Assembly (NCBI GenBank): GCA_002726235.1
Contig: PBSN01000008.1
Location: 448,635-512,634 of the forward strand
Source of the DNA: Nitrospiraceae bacterium
GTDB lineage: Bacteria > Nitrospirota > Nitrospiria > Nitrospirales > UBA2166
Direction of reading: 5' to 3'
Length of the DNA stretch: 64,000 nt
Below the pieces are notes generated by a model. It had not been told where the DNA came from. It did not search any database and saw only the letters and a list, made by a program, of their open reading frames with translations. The position numbers were made by a program, and so were the translations under genes. Every line of letters begins with the position of its first letter. Within the stretch, counting starts at the first letter, position 1. Positions 50,024 through 60,049 of this stretch are shown here, in pieces.

Positions 50024-51019
50024 TTAATTTTTACATAAGGGGGAGGGGGAGGGGGGATCTGTAAAGGCAAACACGCTATGGGAAGAGAGTTCAAAGCAGG
50101 GACTTTTCTTCACAATCCAGATGGCATTTAGATGCTCAATGAGTCGTTTCAGCTCATCTCTGTTTTCTGGATCAATCCGTTTGTTCCGTTGGATCGCGTA
50201 CTGAAGCTTGGGACGAATTTCGATGAAGCGTGGTTCATCCCAGAGACTCCAACTTTCCCTCAAGAACGGCTCAAATCGATGCCACATGTCTTCGGAGACG
50301 ACCAAACAGGCAATCCTAACTTTTTCGCAATAACGTAATTTGTCAGCAGCCTCCAAACCCCGTAGCAAAACAAGATTTGATGCCTGATACGGAGACACCG
50401 TTCCTGATGCATCACGCCAGTCAGGATGGCTCACATCGGCAAGGTAGTCCGCGTCTTCTGAGACAATACTTTTGACCTCAATGGCACACTCGATTCGAGT
50501 TGGAGAAGCACATTCAATATCCAACTTTCCTCCCCACGCCTCAAGGTTTGTAATCCTCCACCCCATCTTCTCGATCCACTCAGTCACATGCAACTCTGTC
50601 AATCGTCCCCAAAAGGCACGTGTTTTTTGGCGGCGCTTTACACCAAGATCCTGTAGAGCCCAAGCCTCCCGGATATCTTTGAGGTGTTTTTTGTTTAACC
50701 GTATCCGGCTCCGCCCAGAGTTGATAAGGTAGCGATGAACAGGAGTCGTAATCTGACTTAAGCCCCCCTGGCGATAGGCCACAAGAAGAATGTGTTGATG
50801 TAGCATATCTTCATCCGATTCGAGAACGACAGTGCGAAAATCATCCCAGACCTCATTTGGAGCAAGCACTTCCTTAAGCGCGAGGCACTGTCCACGAATT
50901 ACCTCGAAGCGCCGTATCACCTCCTGATAATCAACAGAGGTAAAATTGTGTTCTTGAGGAAGACTTTGACACGGACAATTGTGAAAAAATAGTTCCACAG
51001 GTTCTTTAGGCTTCTCCAA
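50024..51019 (-). CDS. Hypothetical protein with a PD-(D/E)XK nuclease-like motif
   Basis: 331-aa ORF; GRLTE (helix) ... LDIEC ... AIEVKS spacing typical of the restriction-endonuclease fold. Confidence 0.55.
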   Translation of the reverse strand: MEKPKEPVELFFHNCPCQSLPQEHNFTSVDYQEVIRRFEVIRGQCLALKEVLAPNEVWDDFRTVVLESDEDMLHQHILLVAYRQGGLSQITTPVHRYLINSGRSRIRLNKKHLKDIREAWALQDLGVKRRQKTRAFWGRLTELHVTEWIEKMGWRITNLEAWGGKLDIECASPTRIECAIEVKSIVSEDADYLADVSHPDWRDASGTVSPYQASNLVLLRGLEAADKLRYCEKVRIACLVVSEDMWHRFEPFLRESWSLWDEPRFIEIRPKLQYAIQRNKRIDPENRDELKRLIEHLNAIWIVKKSPCFELSSHSVFAFTDPPSPSPLCKN

Positions 51020-51198
51020 GAAAATGAGTTAAGTCAAGGCGATACTGAATCATCTTCTCAAGTTGGGTATGAAAACAGCAAGCGCTATAATGTCCCATGA
51101 GTGCAAGCGGTAGATATGACAACGCCTCATTCCCACCGGCCAACAAGATTGGCCTTCACCACAATAGGACATCCATTACATCCTATCGGAATTATTTT

Positions 51199-51735
51199 AT
51201 GTACTCCGTCACAATGATTTTCGTCGTCATCACAGCACATGCTATCTCTGGATGTATGTCGAGCACAGTCCAGATCGAACATGCTCCGGCGATAGCAAAG
51301 GTACCAACCGCAACATACCCTAACTGCTCATCTGATCGCAAAGACCGGTATACAATCATCGAAGTTCCGAAAATTCATGACATCAAACAAGCTCCCCAGG
51401 AATTCTTTTCTCTTCTTCATCAGGCAATCATGGAAGAAGGTCGCCGACGAAACATCTACAATGTCGTTCCAAGCACTACGGAACGAGACAAAGTCGTGCT
51501 GTTGATAATGTTCGTCGAGTCCTGGAGACCGGATGTTACGCAAGGTGGTACTACAGGGCTTCTCTCGATGAAACTCTTTCTCATCGACAAAACGCATCAC
51601 TGCCAGGTCGGGCAGACAACCGGTCATGGAAAAATCCGTCACGATCCGGAAACTGGATTTAACCATGACGATATACATACGATTGCTGAAAGTGCAGGGT
51701 GGTTCGTTGGAATAACGCTCATGCACGATCCATAG
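51199..51735 (+). CDS. Hypothetical lipoprotein
   Basis: Hydrophobic leader with lipobox ISGC. Confidence 0.6.
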   Translation: MYSVTMIFVVITAHAISGCMSSTVQIEHAPAIAKVPTATYPNCSSDRKDRYTIIEVPKIHDIKQAPQEFFSLLHQAIMEEGRRRNIYNVVPSTTERDKVVLLIMFVESWRPDVTQGGTTGLLSMKLFLIDKTHHCQVGQTTGHGKIRHDPETGFNHDDIHTIAESAGWFVGITLMHDP

Positions 51736-51875
51736 CAGAGTGTGGAAAAAGGCTTCAACCCCTTACACCAAGGCCTGAAGCAGAGAATCGAGACTTGACT
51801 GCATTGGAACAGCGACACAAAATCTGCTACTGTCTCGGAAGTTGCTTTGTGCAATAACCCAACGCGAGAGGAACC

Positions 51876-52358
51876 ATGCCATCCTTTGATGTTGTTTCAG
51901 AAGTCGATACGCAAGAAGTGACCAATGCGATTGATCAGGCAACTCGAGAGCTGGGAACCCGGTTTGACTTCAAAAACACGGATTCAAAATTTGAGTTGGA
52001 TGGGACCACAGTCACCATGCGAGCCCCCAATGAGTTTCAGCTCAAGCAACTGTTTGACATTCTTACCAAACGCCTTTCGAGTCGATTGATCGACATCCGT
52101 TGCCTACAACTCAATCCACCACAAATTAATGTGGGGAACGCGTGGCAAGTTGTAAAAATTCGGCAGGGAATAGAGTCAGAACTGGCGAAGAAAATGGTCA
52201 AGATGATAAAAAACGAAAAGTTTAAAGTACAAGCTGCAATTCAAGGCGACAAAGTCCGCGTCTCAGGTAAAAAGCGAGATGACCTGCAGGATGTAATTGC
52301 CTTTCTCAAGGAAGCAGAATTCGACATGCCGCTACAATTCGATAATTTCCGCGACTGA
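51876..52358 (+). CDS. yajQ: YajQ family nucleotide/c-di-GMP-binding protein
   Basis: MPSFDVVS, TRFDFK, QAAIQGD.VRVSGKKRDDLQ, NFRD. Confidence 0.97.
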   Translation: MPSFDVVSEVDTQEVTNAIDQATRELGTRFDFKNTDSKFELDGTTVTMRAPNEFQLKQLFDILTKRLSSRLIDIRCLQLNPPQINVGNAWQVVKIRQGIESELAKKMVKMIKNEKFKVQAAIQGDKVRVSGKKRDDLQDVIAFLKEAEFDMPLQFDNFRD

Positions 52359-52381
52359 CATTAGAATTTCCAACACCTTGC

Positions 52382-53113
52382 TTATTGCTTAACGCCGTCC
52401 TCTAGCTCGCGTCCAGTGAACTTCCGATAGGCAATGGGAAGCAACGCAAGTAGCGCAAGTAGCGCAAAAGCCCCCAGTACACGGGGAGATGCGATCTCAC
52501 TCAGTGAATCGATCATGCCAAGCTGTCGGCCCGCATTCGTATAGACAAAACTGGCTGGAAGAATCCCAATAGCCGTCGCAAAGACATACGTCGTGAGCCG
52601 AATTCGCGTTAGCCCGGAAACCATGTTCACCAAAAAAAAGGGGAAGAGCGGCACCAGACGCAAGATCAACAAATAGTTGAATGCATTCTTGGAGAATCCC
52701 CGTTGCAAAGGCCCAAGCCGATGACCAAACTTTTGTTCCACCCAATCGTGCAGAAGATACCGAGCCGCAAAAAATGCGAGGGTTGCTCCTGATGTTGCCG
52801 CAATATTCACAAAGAAAGCCCCCAAGACACTTCCAAAGAGCAACCCCGCACCCAATGTCAGAATGGTTGCTCCAGGAAGAGAAAGCGCTGTTTGAATGCA
52901 GTAAAGACACACGAATAGCAATGCCACTGCAGTGTAATGCGCTTCCGTATACGCGAGGAGTTGGTTGCGATGGCCCTTTAACGACTCGAGTGTCAAATAC
53001 TGCTGCAGGCCAAAGTAAAAGAAAACGCCAATTCCAGTCGCGACAAAAAGTAGCAACACAACCTTTCCAACTAGCGATTTTGAATACGAGAAACTAGTCA
53101 CTTCATTTTCCAA
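52382..53113 (-). CDS. TVP38/TMEM64 (DedA/VTT domain) membrane protein
   Basis: LSLPGATILTL, GATLAF, LRLVPLFPFFLVN, GILP. Confidence 0.9.
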   Translation of the reverse strand: MENEVTSFSYSKSLVGKVVLLLFVATGIGVFFYFGLQQYLTLESLKGHRNQLLAYTEAHYTAVALLFVCLYCIQTALSLPGATILTLGAGLLFGSVLGAFFVNIAATSGATLAFFAARYLLHDWVEQKFGHRLGPLQRGFSKNAFNYLLILRLVPLFPFFLVNMVSGLTRIRLTTYVFATAIGILPASFVYTNAGRQLGMIDSLSEIASPRVLGAFALLALLALLPIAYRKFTGRELEDGVKQ

Positions 53114-53866
53114 TACTACAAAACATTGCAGATCTTACCTGAAAACCAACCCGACAAAATACAAGAAAAGGAGTGCTCAGCACGGCCCATCCCGCAATCC
53201 ACTAACGAACTTTTCACCCGAATCATTGTCTCGCATTTTCTCTTCCGCATTTCCATCGTACTGTACTCCGTATACGAAGCACAATATGCGGAAGTCCAAC
53301 ATGAGTGAAGAACATGATGCTTCCCGATGAAGATTGGGAAGCGTTTTATCACGCACCAGCCCCGCAGAGTCAATACGCATGTTGCAAGCCACCTTCAACC
53401 ACTACCTAAAGTCACATCAGTAAATAACAGAAACGTTTCTCTCATAGCACATTAACACTGACCTCCTCACGCGAAGCAACATCAATGCTCCTGTAGCATC
53501 GACGTATTGATACGTATCGCAAGAAAGCCGCACGAACACTTCTACTTTTCCTTAGCCCAATCTTCCAAAATCCTTAAACTCAAGCCACCGTGGGTAAAAT
53601 CTGAAACAGCAAGGTTCTGAAACATTCCTGCTTCTGAATGCCTTGTACCGTGTGATGACTCCAAGATATGCGTGATCTGCGCCATAGCTCTCAATGCAAA
53701 AAACAATCGAATTAAACGATTGTACCTGCAGTACGAGTTCCATGGAGCCCCAAGGAATGACTCTTTCAGAAATACAAGAGTGCTGGATAAGAAACACGAG
53801 GATCAAGCTGACGAAACGTCGCTATCAGCTTCTAATAGTAGCTATGAGATCAAACCGATTGTCTTG

Positions 53867-54823
53867 TCAATCACCGCGCATATCGAGAAGCACTTTTAGC
53901 ATCCCTGCTTGTCGACTTTGACTGAGCGCGTCGATAGCCTGACTCAGGGGAAAGATGTGCTCAATCAATGCAGTGAGATCGACATGACCGGACTCTAAAA
54001 GACGAATAGCTGCTACAAACGGGCCACAGCGTGAACCGACGATAGTCACCTCATCGACAACCAAGGATGTGAAGTCGATCTCGAGTGCCCCAGGGTAAGT
54101 GCTTTTCATCACCAGCGTCCCTGCGGGACGGACTGCATGCCGTGCAATTTTAAAGCCTTCCGAGTTTCCCGTACATTCAACGACGATATCGAATTGCGTA
54201 TCCGGCAATTGTTCGACATGATACAATTCCACGCGTTTGGGACACAGAATGAGCGTTCGCTTACTACGTCCAATACAGCTGAGTGCGCATCCCGTCAACA
54301 TCAGCGTCCGAAGGATAAGCTGGCCAAGTTTCCCGGAACCCACAACAAGAACACGGTCTTCAGAGGTGATATGGACTTGCTCAAGAATCTGAAGCGCTGC
54401 GGCAAGCGGCTCAATAAAGGTCGCGATCTCAGTTGAAACGGACTCAGGAACAACATAAAGATTTTCGATGGGAAGTGCTATATATTCAGCGAATGCACCA
54501 TTTCGATTGGTAATGCCCAACACTGTTCGATGTGGACAGTGCGATGTCCTCCTCTTTTGACAGACTAGACATCGTCGACATGCCACAACAATTTCACCTA
54601 CCACCCGTCGTCCAGCGACAGATTCTGGTCCTTCTTCAACCACACCAACAAACTCGTGTCCAATTACGCCCACATAGGGAAACATCCCGGAAATCAATCC
54701 ATGATCGGTGCTACAGATACCTGCACACAGCACCCGAATGATCGCCTCATTCTCTCCTCCGATTGGGTGAGGCAGGTCGTCGCGGAGAGATACGATGCCA
54801 TCTTCTAGCCATACTCCATTCAT
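53867..54823 (-). CDS. Zinc-dependent medium-chain alcohol dehydrogenase
   Basis: GICSTD, GHEFVG, CRRCLVC.......C, EPLAAA, GSGKLG, GSRCG. Confidence 0.92.
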   Translation of the reverse strand: MNGVWLEDGIVSLRDDLPHPIGGENEAIIRVLCAGICSTDHGLISGMFPYVGVIGHEFVGVVEEGPESVAGRRVVGEIVVACRRCLVCQKRRTSHCPHRTVLGITNRNGAFAEYIALPIENLYVVPESVSTEIATFIEPLAAALQILEQVHITSEDRVLVVGSGKLGQLILRTLMLTGCALSCIGRSKRTLILCPKRVELYHVEQLPDTQFDIVVECTGNSEGFKIARHAVRPAGTLVMKSTYPGALEIDFTSLVVDEVTIVGSRCGPFVAAIRLLESGHVDLTALIEHIFPLSQAIDALSQSRQAGMLKVLLDMRGD

Positions 54824-56127
54824 ATTTCTTCACCGTTGCTGTCGGGTGGATTCAGACCGTTTTCCATCGAGGCAACTACAGTTGCGACCGTGGCGTCACC
54901 CGTCACATTCACTGCGGTGCGACACATATCCAAGATCCGATCGACGCCGAGGACAAGCGCAATCCCGGCTGTTGGAACTCCAACTGCCTCAAGAATAATG
55001 ACCAAAATGATGAGGCCTGCCCCAGGAACGGCAGCTGCACCAATTGATGCAAATACGGCGGTGAGAAGAATCTGCAATTGCGCTCCAATGTCCAAGCTCA
55101 TGCCAATGGCCTGAGCAATGAATACAGCTGCAACAGCTTGGTACAATGCCGTTCCATCCATATTGATGGTGGCACCGAGTGGCAGAACAAAGGACGAGAC
55201 TTCCTTGGAAACGCCAACCCTCTTCTGACAGACTTCCATGGTGACGGGGAGAGTTGCACCGCTCGAACTCGTCGAAAATGCCAGAAGTTGGGCAGGGGAA
55301 ATGGCATGAAAGAAATTCAAGATGGAGATCGATGTGAACACTTTGAGAAGCAACGGGTAGGTAATCACTGCATGGAAAACAAGGCCTCCAATGACCACAA
55401 AGCAATAAAACCCAAGTGCTCCTAAAAGCTTGACAGCCGCGCCAATATCATCCGAGGCAACCTCATTGATCGTCTTGGCGATCAGCCCAAACACCCCAAT
55501 AGGCGCCATGATCATAATCATCTGAACAATCTTGATGACCACTGTTGTGAGGCTTGCAAACACATCAATCAGCGGCTTTGCTTGCTTCTGAGGAGTCATG
55601 ACTAACGCGAGGCCGAACAAAAGTGAGAACACCACGACCTTCAGCATATTCCGATTATCACCCGCAGCGCCAACAATATTGGTTGGAATTATGTCGACGA
55701 AAATTTGTAACGGGCCACGAGACTTGGCCTCCTCAGCCTGATCCATTCCAGATACAGCATCCGCCTGATAGGTTGTCTGCAACTGCTGCTGCAAAACGTG
55801 AGGAACAGCCTTGCCTGGCTGAAGAATATTCACCATTAGCAAGCCAATGGTAATAGCAAATGCCGTTGTTCCGATATAAATTACGAGGGTTTTTCCACCA
55901 ATTCGTGAAAGCTTTCGTATATCCGACAGCGATGCAACGCCGGTAATGATTGATCCAACGATGAGCGGAACAGCGATGACCTTCAGCAGATTCAGAAAAA
56001 TATCACCGAAGGGGGCCACCCAGTTCGAGGTAAATTGGCTCCAGCCTGCTGTCGCTGAGACAAGGCCATAGATAACACCCAAACCCATTCCGATGAGAAT
56101 CTGCCAATGTAAGGAAACCTTTTTCAC
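54820..56127 (-). CDS. Dicarboxylate/amino acid:cation symporter (GltP/DAACS family)
   Basis: AFSTSSSGATLP, LPLGATINMDGTA, GVDRILDMCRTAVNVTGD; GTG 56127 overlaps the upstream stop. Confidence 0.93.
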   Translation of the reverse strand: MKKVSLHWQILIGMGLGVIYGLVSATAGWSQFTSNWVAPFGDIFLNLLKVIAVPLIVGSIITGVASLSDIRKLSRIGGKTLVIYIGTTAFAITIGLLMVNILQPGKAVPHVLQQQLQTTYQADAVSGMDQAEEAKSRGPLQIFVDIIPTNIVGAAGDNRNMLKVVVFSLLFGLALVMTPQKQAKPLIDVFASLTTVVIKIVQMIMIMAPIGVFGLIAKTINEVASDDIGAAVKLLGALGFYCFVVIGGLVFHAVITYPLLLKVFTSISILNFFHAISPAQLLAFSTSSSGATLPVTMEVCQKRVGVSKEVSSFVLPLGATINMDGTALYQAVAAVFIAQAIGMSLDIGAQLQILLTAVFASIGAAAVPGAGLIILVIILEAVGVPTAGIALVLGVDRILDMCRTAVNVTGDATVATVVASMENGLNPPDSNGEEI

Positions 56128-57422
56128 AGTGTGAACACGCGATCTACAATCGCGACACATTCGATGTGTTGGGTGTGGGGAAACATGTCGAGAAGTTGCA
56201 CTTCGGTCAATTTGAATCCGCAATTTACTAGTCGCCGTAAATCGCGAGCAAGAGTTGCTGGGTCGCAGGATACATAAATAATCCGATATGCTGGAGATGC
56301 AACTAGTGAACCAAGCACTTCTGGTGGAAGGCCTCGACGCGGCGGATCAACAATCACTACATCAGGTGAAAAATCACGCCTTGGCAATACATCCTCGACA
56401 CGCGCAATCATCCACTCTACATTTGACAACCCCATCAAATTCACACCCGCATCGGTTGCTGCTGACGGAGACTCTTCAATAGCAAATACTTCACTCACAT
56501 GTGCAGCAAGATGTGAGGCAAAGACACCCACTCCCGCATAGGCATCAACGACAACACGTGGGCTCACCTCGTTAACCTTATCGATAACGTACCCAAGAAG
56601 CCGCTCTGCCTGTATGGTATTCACTTGAAAAAATGCTGCGACTGAAATCTGATAACGGCGTCCTAGTAAAGTCTCTCGCACAATCTTCTGACCACTTTCG
56701 AGTGACGGATTCGTGGCATTGTCACGCCACGCTAATCGGGGATGGATCAGCACATCCCCCGTGTTCTGGCCAACCCGCATGACTAGTTGTTTGGTCCCCG
56801 TCGTCGCATCTTGAACCATTCCAAGCGCCTGATTGATCTGATCACACGCAATGTCACATTGATCGACACGCAACAATTGATGGGTTCCTTGCTGCATCAA
56901 CCCCACCTGTCCCTTGCGCCACACCGTGAACCTCATATGATTTCGATAATTCCATGGCATTTCCATCCCAATTGCAGGAGGGAAGGTTAGCTCATGATCA
57001 TCCGAGAATCGACCGACCCGTATCAGTTGATCCCGCACAATCTGTGTTTTGATCCGTAATTGCTCATCATATTCCACATGCTGAAGCTGGCACCCTCCAC
57101 ACCGCCCAAAATACTGGCACCGAGGCTTGACACGAAATGAAGACGGTCGTAGCACGCGAACTGTACGCGCTTCAAAATACTGTGTGTGCGTTTCCGTGAC
57201 TTCGGCCACCACCTGTTCACCTGGAATAGCATACGAGACAAACACTACCCGACCATCGGGGGCCCGGCCCATAGCTTTACCACCCGCCACAATGCCGGTA
57301 AGTGCAACTTCAAGCATTGCTGGTGGACGATCATTAGCGAAATGATTCCTTCGCTTGTGTCGACTAGACGCTGACTTTATTCGGCTTCCCTCTGGCATCT
57401 TGCGCATCAAAATCCCAAACAC
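56124..57422 (-). CDS. rlmD: RlmD/TrmA family RNA m5U methyltransferase with TRAM domain and Fe-S motif
   Basis: CQYFGRCGGCQLQH, AFFQVN, DAYAGVG, VDPPRRG, YVSCDP, DMFPHT.HIE. Confidence 0.9.
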   Translation of the reverse strand: MFGILMRKMPEGSRIKSASSRHKRRNHFANDRPPAMLEVALTGIVAGGKAMGRAPDGRVVFVSYAIPGEQVVAEVTETHTQYFEARTVRVLRPSSFRVKPRCQYFGRCGGCQLQHVEYDEQLRIKTQIVRDQLIRVGRFSDDHELTFPPAIGMEMPWNYRNHMRFTVWRKGQVGLMQQGTHQLLRVDQCDIACDQINQALGMVQDATTGTKQLVMRVGQNTGDVLIHPRLAWRDNATNPSLESGQKIVRETLLGRRYQISVAAFFQVNTIQAERLLGYVIDKVNEVSPRVVVDAYAGVGVFASHLAAHVSEVFAIEESPSAATDAGVNLMGLSNVEWMIARVEDVLPRRDFSPDVVIVDPPRRGLPPEVLGSLVASPAYRIIYVSCDPATLARDLRRLVNCGFKLTEVQLLDMFPHTQHIECVAIVDRVFTL

Positions 57423-57703
57423 AAATCGTCTCCGCAGAAGAAGGCTTTAGAAACAATCACGTCATATATACCATATGGAGCATTCCTTACCGCACTTACA
57501 TTCATCATAACGATACTCTTTGACTACCCATACTTTACGACTCTCCCGCGATTGTACGAACATATGTTGACAAGATAGGCAAGGTGGAATATTCAATACT
57601 GAACATATCTTCACCAGGGTCACGGAAGGGAGACTCGAGATATATAATATGCCAGCACGTAAACAGCTGGAAGTGTGCAATAGTGAATATAAGGAGATGC
57701 GCT

Positions 57704-58516
57704 ATGATCGTTCAGCGATATATCATGTTCTTCACCCTCCTCGGAATTTTCGCGCCGGCAGTCACCATTGCTATTGCTGCTCCGCCACCAGGAGCGACAC
57801 CGGAAGAACAAGGCCAGCATGTCTTCGTTGCACGCGACACAATGGACACTGGCTATACTGACGCGATGACAACATTGTCTATGACATTGTTCAATGCCGC
57901 TGGACAGAAGAGCACTAGAAAAATGCTGACCCACTATCTTGAGGTCCAGAACAACGGAGACAAAACCATCATCACCTTCAAATTCCCACGCGACATCAAG
58001 GGAACCGGCTTATTGACCTTCGAACACGTCGAAAAGGCTGATGATCAATGGCTCTACCTCCCAGCCCTTAAGCGAGTCAAGCGAATTGTGTCGAAAAACA
58101 AAAGCGGTAGCTTTGTCGGCTCTGAATTCAGCTATGAAGACATCTCCTCAACAAAACCTGAGAAATATACCTACTCCTACAAACGTGAAGATGAACACCA
58201 AGGCATCAAGGTCTGGATCATTGAGCGATATCCCAAGGATCCGAACTCAGGGTACACGAAGATCATATCCTGGATTGACCAGTCGAACTTTCAGCTAGTC
58301 AAGCAGGAGTACTTTGACCGAAAAGGAAGCCCATTGAAATTCTCACTTGACAACGGGAATACTCTATACCTTGGAAAGTTCTGGCGACCATCTGAAATCA
58401 TCATGGAGAACCTTCAGACTCAGAAAAAGACTACCTTAACCTTTACCGATTGGGCATTCCAACAAGACCAAGAAGCCTCGTTTTTTTCAAAACGCTCCCT
58501 TGAGCGACAGCGATAA
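57704..58516 (+). CDS. Outer membrane lipoprotein-sorting protein (LolA-like)
   Basis: Signal peptide; PRDIKGTGLL, DDQWLYLPALKRVKRI, SFVGSEFSYED; AAGGAG RBS. Confidence 0.88.
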   Translation: MIVQRYIMFFTLLGIFAPAVTIAIAAPPPGATPEEQGQHVFVARDTMDTGYTDAMTTLSMTLFNAAGQKSTRKMLTHYLEVQNNGDKTIITFKFPRDIKGTGLLTFEHVEKADDQWLYLPALKRVKRIVSKNKSGSFVGSEFSYEDISSTKPEKYTYSYKREDEHQGIKVWIIERYPKDPNSGYTKIISWIDQSNFQLVKQEYFDRKGSPLKFSLDNGNTLYLGKFWRPSEIIMENLQTQKKTTLTFTDWAFQQDQEASFFSKRSLERQR

Positions 58517-58622
58517 TCTGTCATAGATTACGACGGATTAGCACCTTTCATGATTAGGCTCTGACAGGACGTGCTAAAAGTCTGCCAAAGTTTTTTCAAG
58601 ACCTACTGGTTCCTCTGACGTC

Positions 58623-59903
58623 ATGACTACGGTCACAAGGCTGATAAGCTGCATCTCGTTCCAGTTCATCGTGCTTCTCGTATCCTCTACAACAGGATTG
58701 GCTCTTGAAGAGGATCTCAAAGTTACCTCCACCACCCATGTCTCCGTATTTCCACAATCTGGAGAAGGAGATCAACAAGACGCGTTCGCTTCCACCGAAC
58801 TGAAGCCAGACCTTGCATTAACCTTTGATGAGTCGTGGCAAGCCATTATCGCACCTCGATTTCGCTTTGGCCTTACCGATCCTGAATACGACCTCCTGTC
58901 ACTCGATGACCTTTATGCAGAATATGTCTCCGATCGATTTGAAGTTCGCGTAGGATATCAGACCCACTTCTGGGGAGCTGCCGAGTCTGCCAATATCATC
59001 GATACTCTCAACCAGAAAGACTTTGCTGTCGACTTCTTTGATCCGAAGGAAAACAAATTTGGCGAACCCGCTGTCCGACTACGCCTTGCCTTCGGTGAGA
59101 ACCAATTTGACATATACCATTTTAGTTATTTCACACCAGCCTCTCTCCCAAATAAAGTGAACCGCTTTAACTTCTTCGATGGGCAACTCGACTTCTCTGA
59201 TGATCCGATCTATACCCATGGGGACGAACGCCTTCGCCAACAGGTTGCTTTGCGCTGGGATCGAACCATTGGATCAGCCGATATCGGGATCTCATATTTC
59301 AACGGGTATGAGAAATTCCCCGTCATTCATGTTAGGCCTGGAGCCGTCGAAGCCGACACCCTTTACTACGAGATGCAGCAGTTTAGCTGGGATCTTCAGA
59401 TGCCCGTGGGAAACTGGCTTCTCAAAGGCGAAGCGTTATTTCAGGATACGTCTTTGGGAGGCACATTTATAGCAGATTCCGTGACATCAGGAGGGCAAGT
59501 GCTTCGGAGAAACCTGGTCCCGAAAAATCATACCGCTTTTGTCGGCGGTTTTGAATATACTTTCTATGGCGTAATCGGCCAAAGCGACATCGGGCTTATC
59601 GGAGAGTATCTCTATGACTCTGAACAACGACTTGATGCGGTTGCATTTCGCCCATTTCAAAACGATGCATTCGGTGGGATACGATGGGCTCAAAACAATG
59701 CCGGCGACGGGGAACTGCTGATCGGAGGGATTGTCGACGTGAGGAATCAAACACAAGTGTGGCGAGCAGAATATTCGGAACGGTTTTTTGACCGTCTCAT
59801 CCTCACCGCCAATTACGATCATATCAACGCTGCACCAGACGACCCCGTCGCGATTTTCGACAACGATAATCGTCTCGCAATTGAACTGTCATATAGCTAC
59901 TAA
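58623..59903 (+). CDS. Putative outer-membrane beta-barrel protein, partner of the LolA-like protein
   Basis: Signal peptide, amphipathic beta strands, GYQTHFWG...IIDTLNQ, PFQND, C-terminal aromatic LSYSY. Confidence 0.72.
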   Translation: MTTVTRLISCISFQFIVLLVSSTTGLALEEDLKVTSTTHVSVFPQSGEGDQQDAFASTELKPDLALTFDESWQAIIAPRFRFGLTDPEYDLLSLDDLYAEYVSDRFEVRVGYQTHFWGAAESANIIDTLNQKDFAVDFFDPKENKFGEPAVRLRLAFGENQFDIYHFSYFTPASLPNKVNRFNFFDGQLDFSDDPIYTHGDERLRQQVALRWDRTIGSADIGISYFNGYEKFPVIHVRPGAVEADTLYYEMQQFSWDLQMPVGNWLLKGEALFQDTSLGGTFIADSVTSGGQVLRRNLVPKNHTAFVGGFEYTFYGVIGQSDIGLIGEYLYDSEQRLDAVAFRPFQNDAFGGIRWAQNNAGDGELLIGGIVDVRNQTQVWRAEYSERFFDRLILTANYDHINAAPDDPVAIFDNDNRLAIELSYSY

Positions 59904-60049
59904 AATCCCCTCAATCCTAGATATTCATGATTGACGCTCCAAGCATATCTTGGGTTTCACTCTACACATTCCTTACTACGCAATCCTCGCTTGATTCCTA
60001 GAGCAAAGCCGCTACAATTGATCGTCATCTGCATAGACTGCTAGAAGAT

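Noticed and set aside
46385..51019. EVE domain plus PD-(D/E)XK protein as a modification-dependent restriction system
   Set aside because: The genes are over 3 kb apart with rnd, MFS and arfB between them; stand-alone EVE proteins are common
52445..52467. Short 9-bp tandem GCAAGTAGC
   Set aside because: It simply encodes the LALLALL transmembrane stretch
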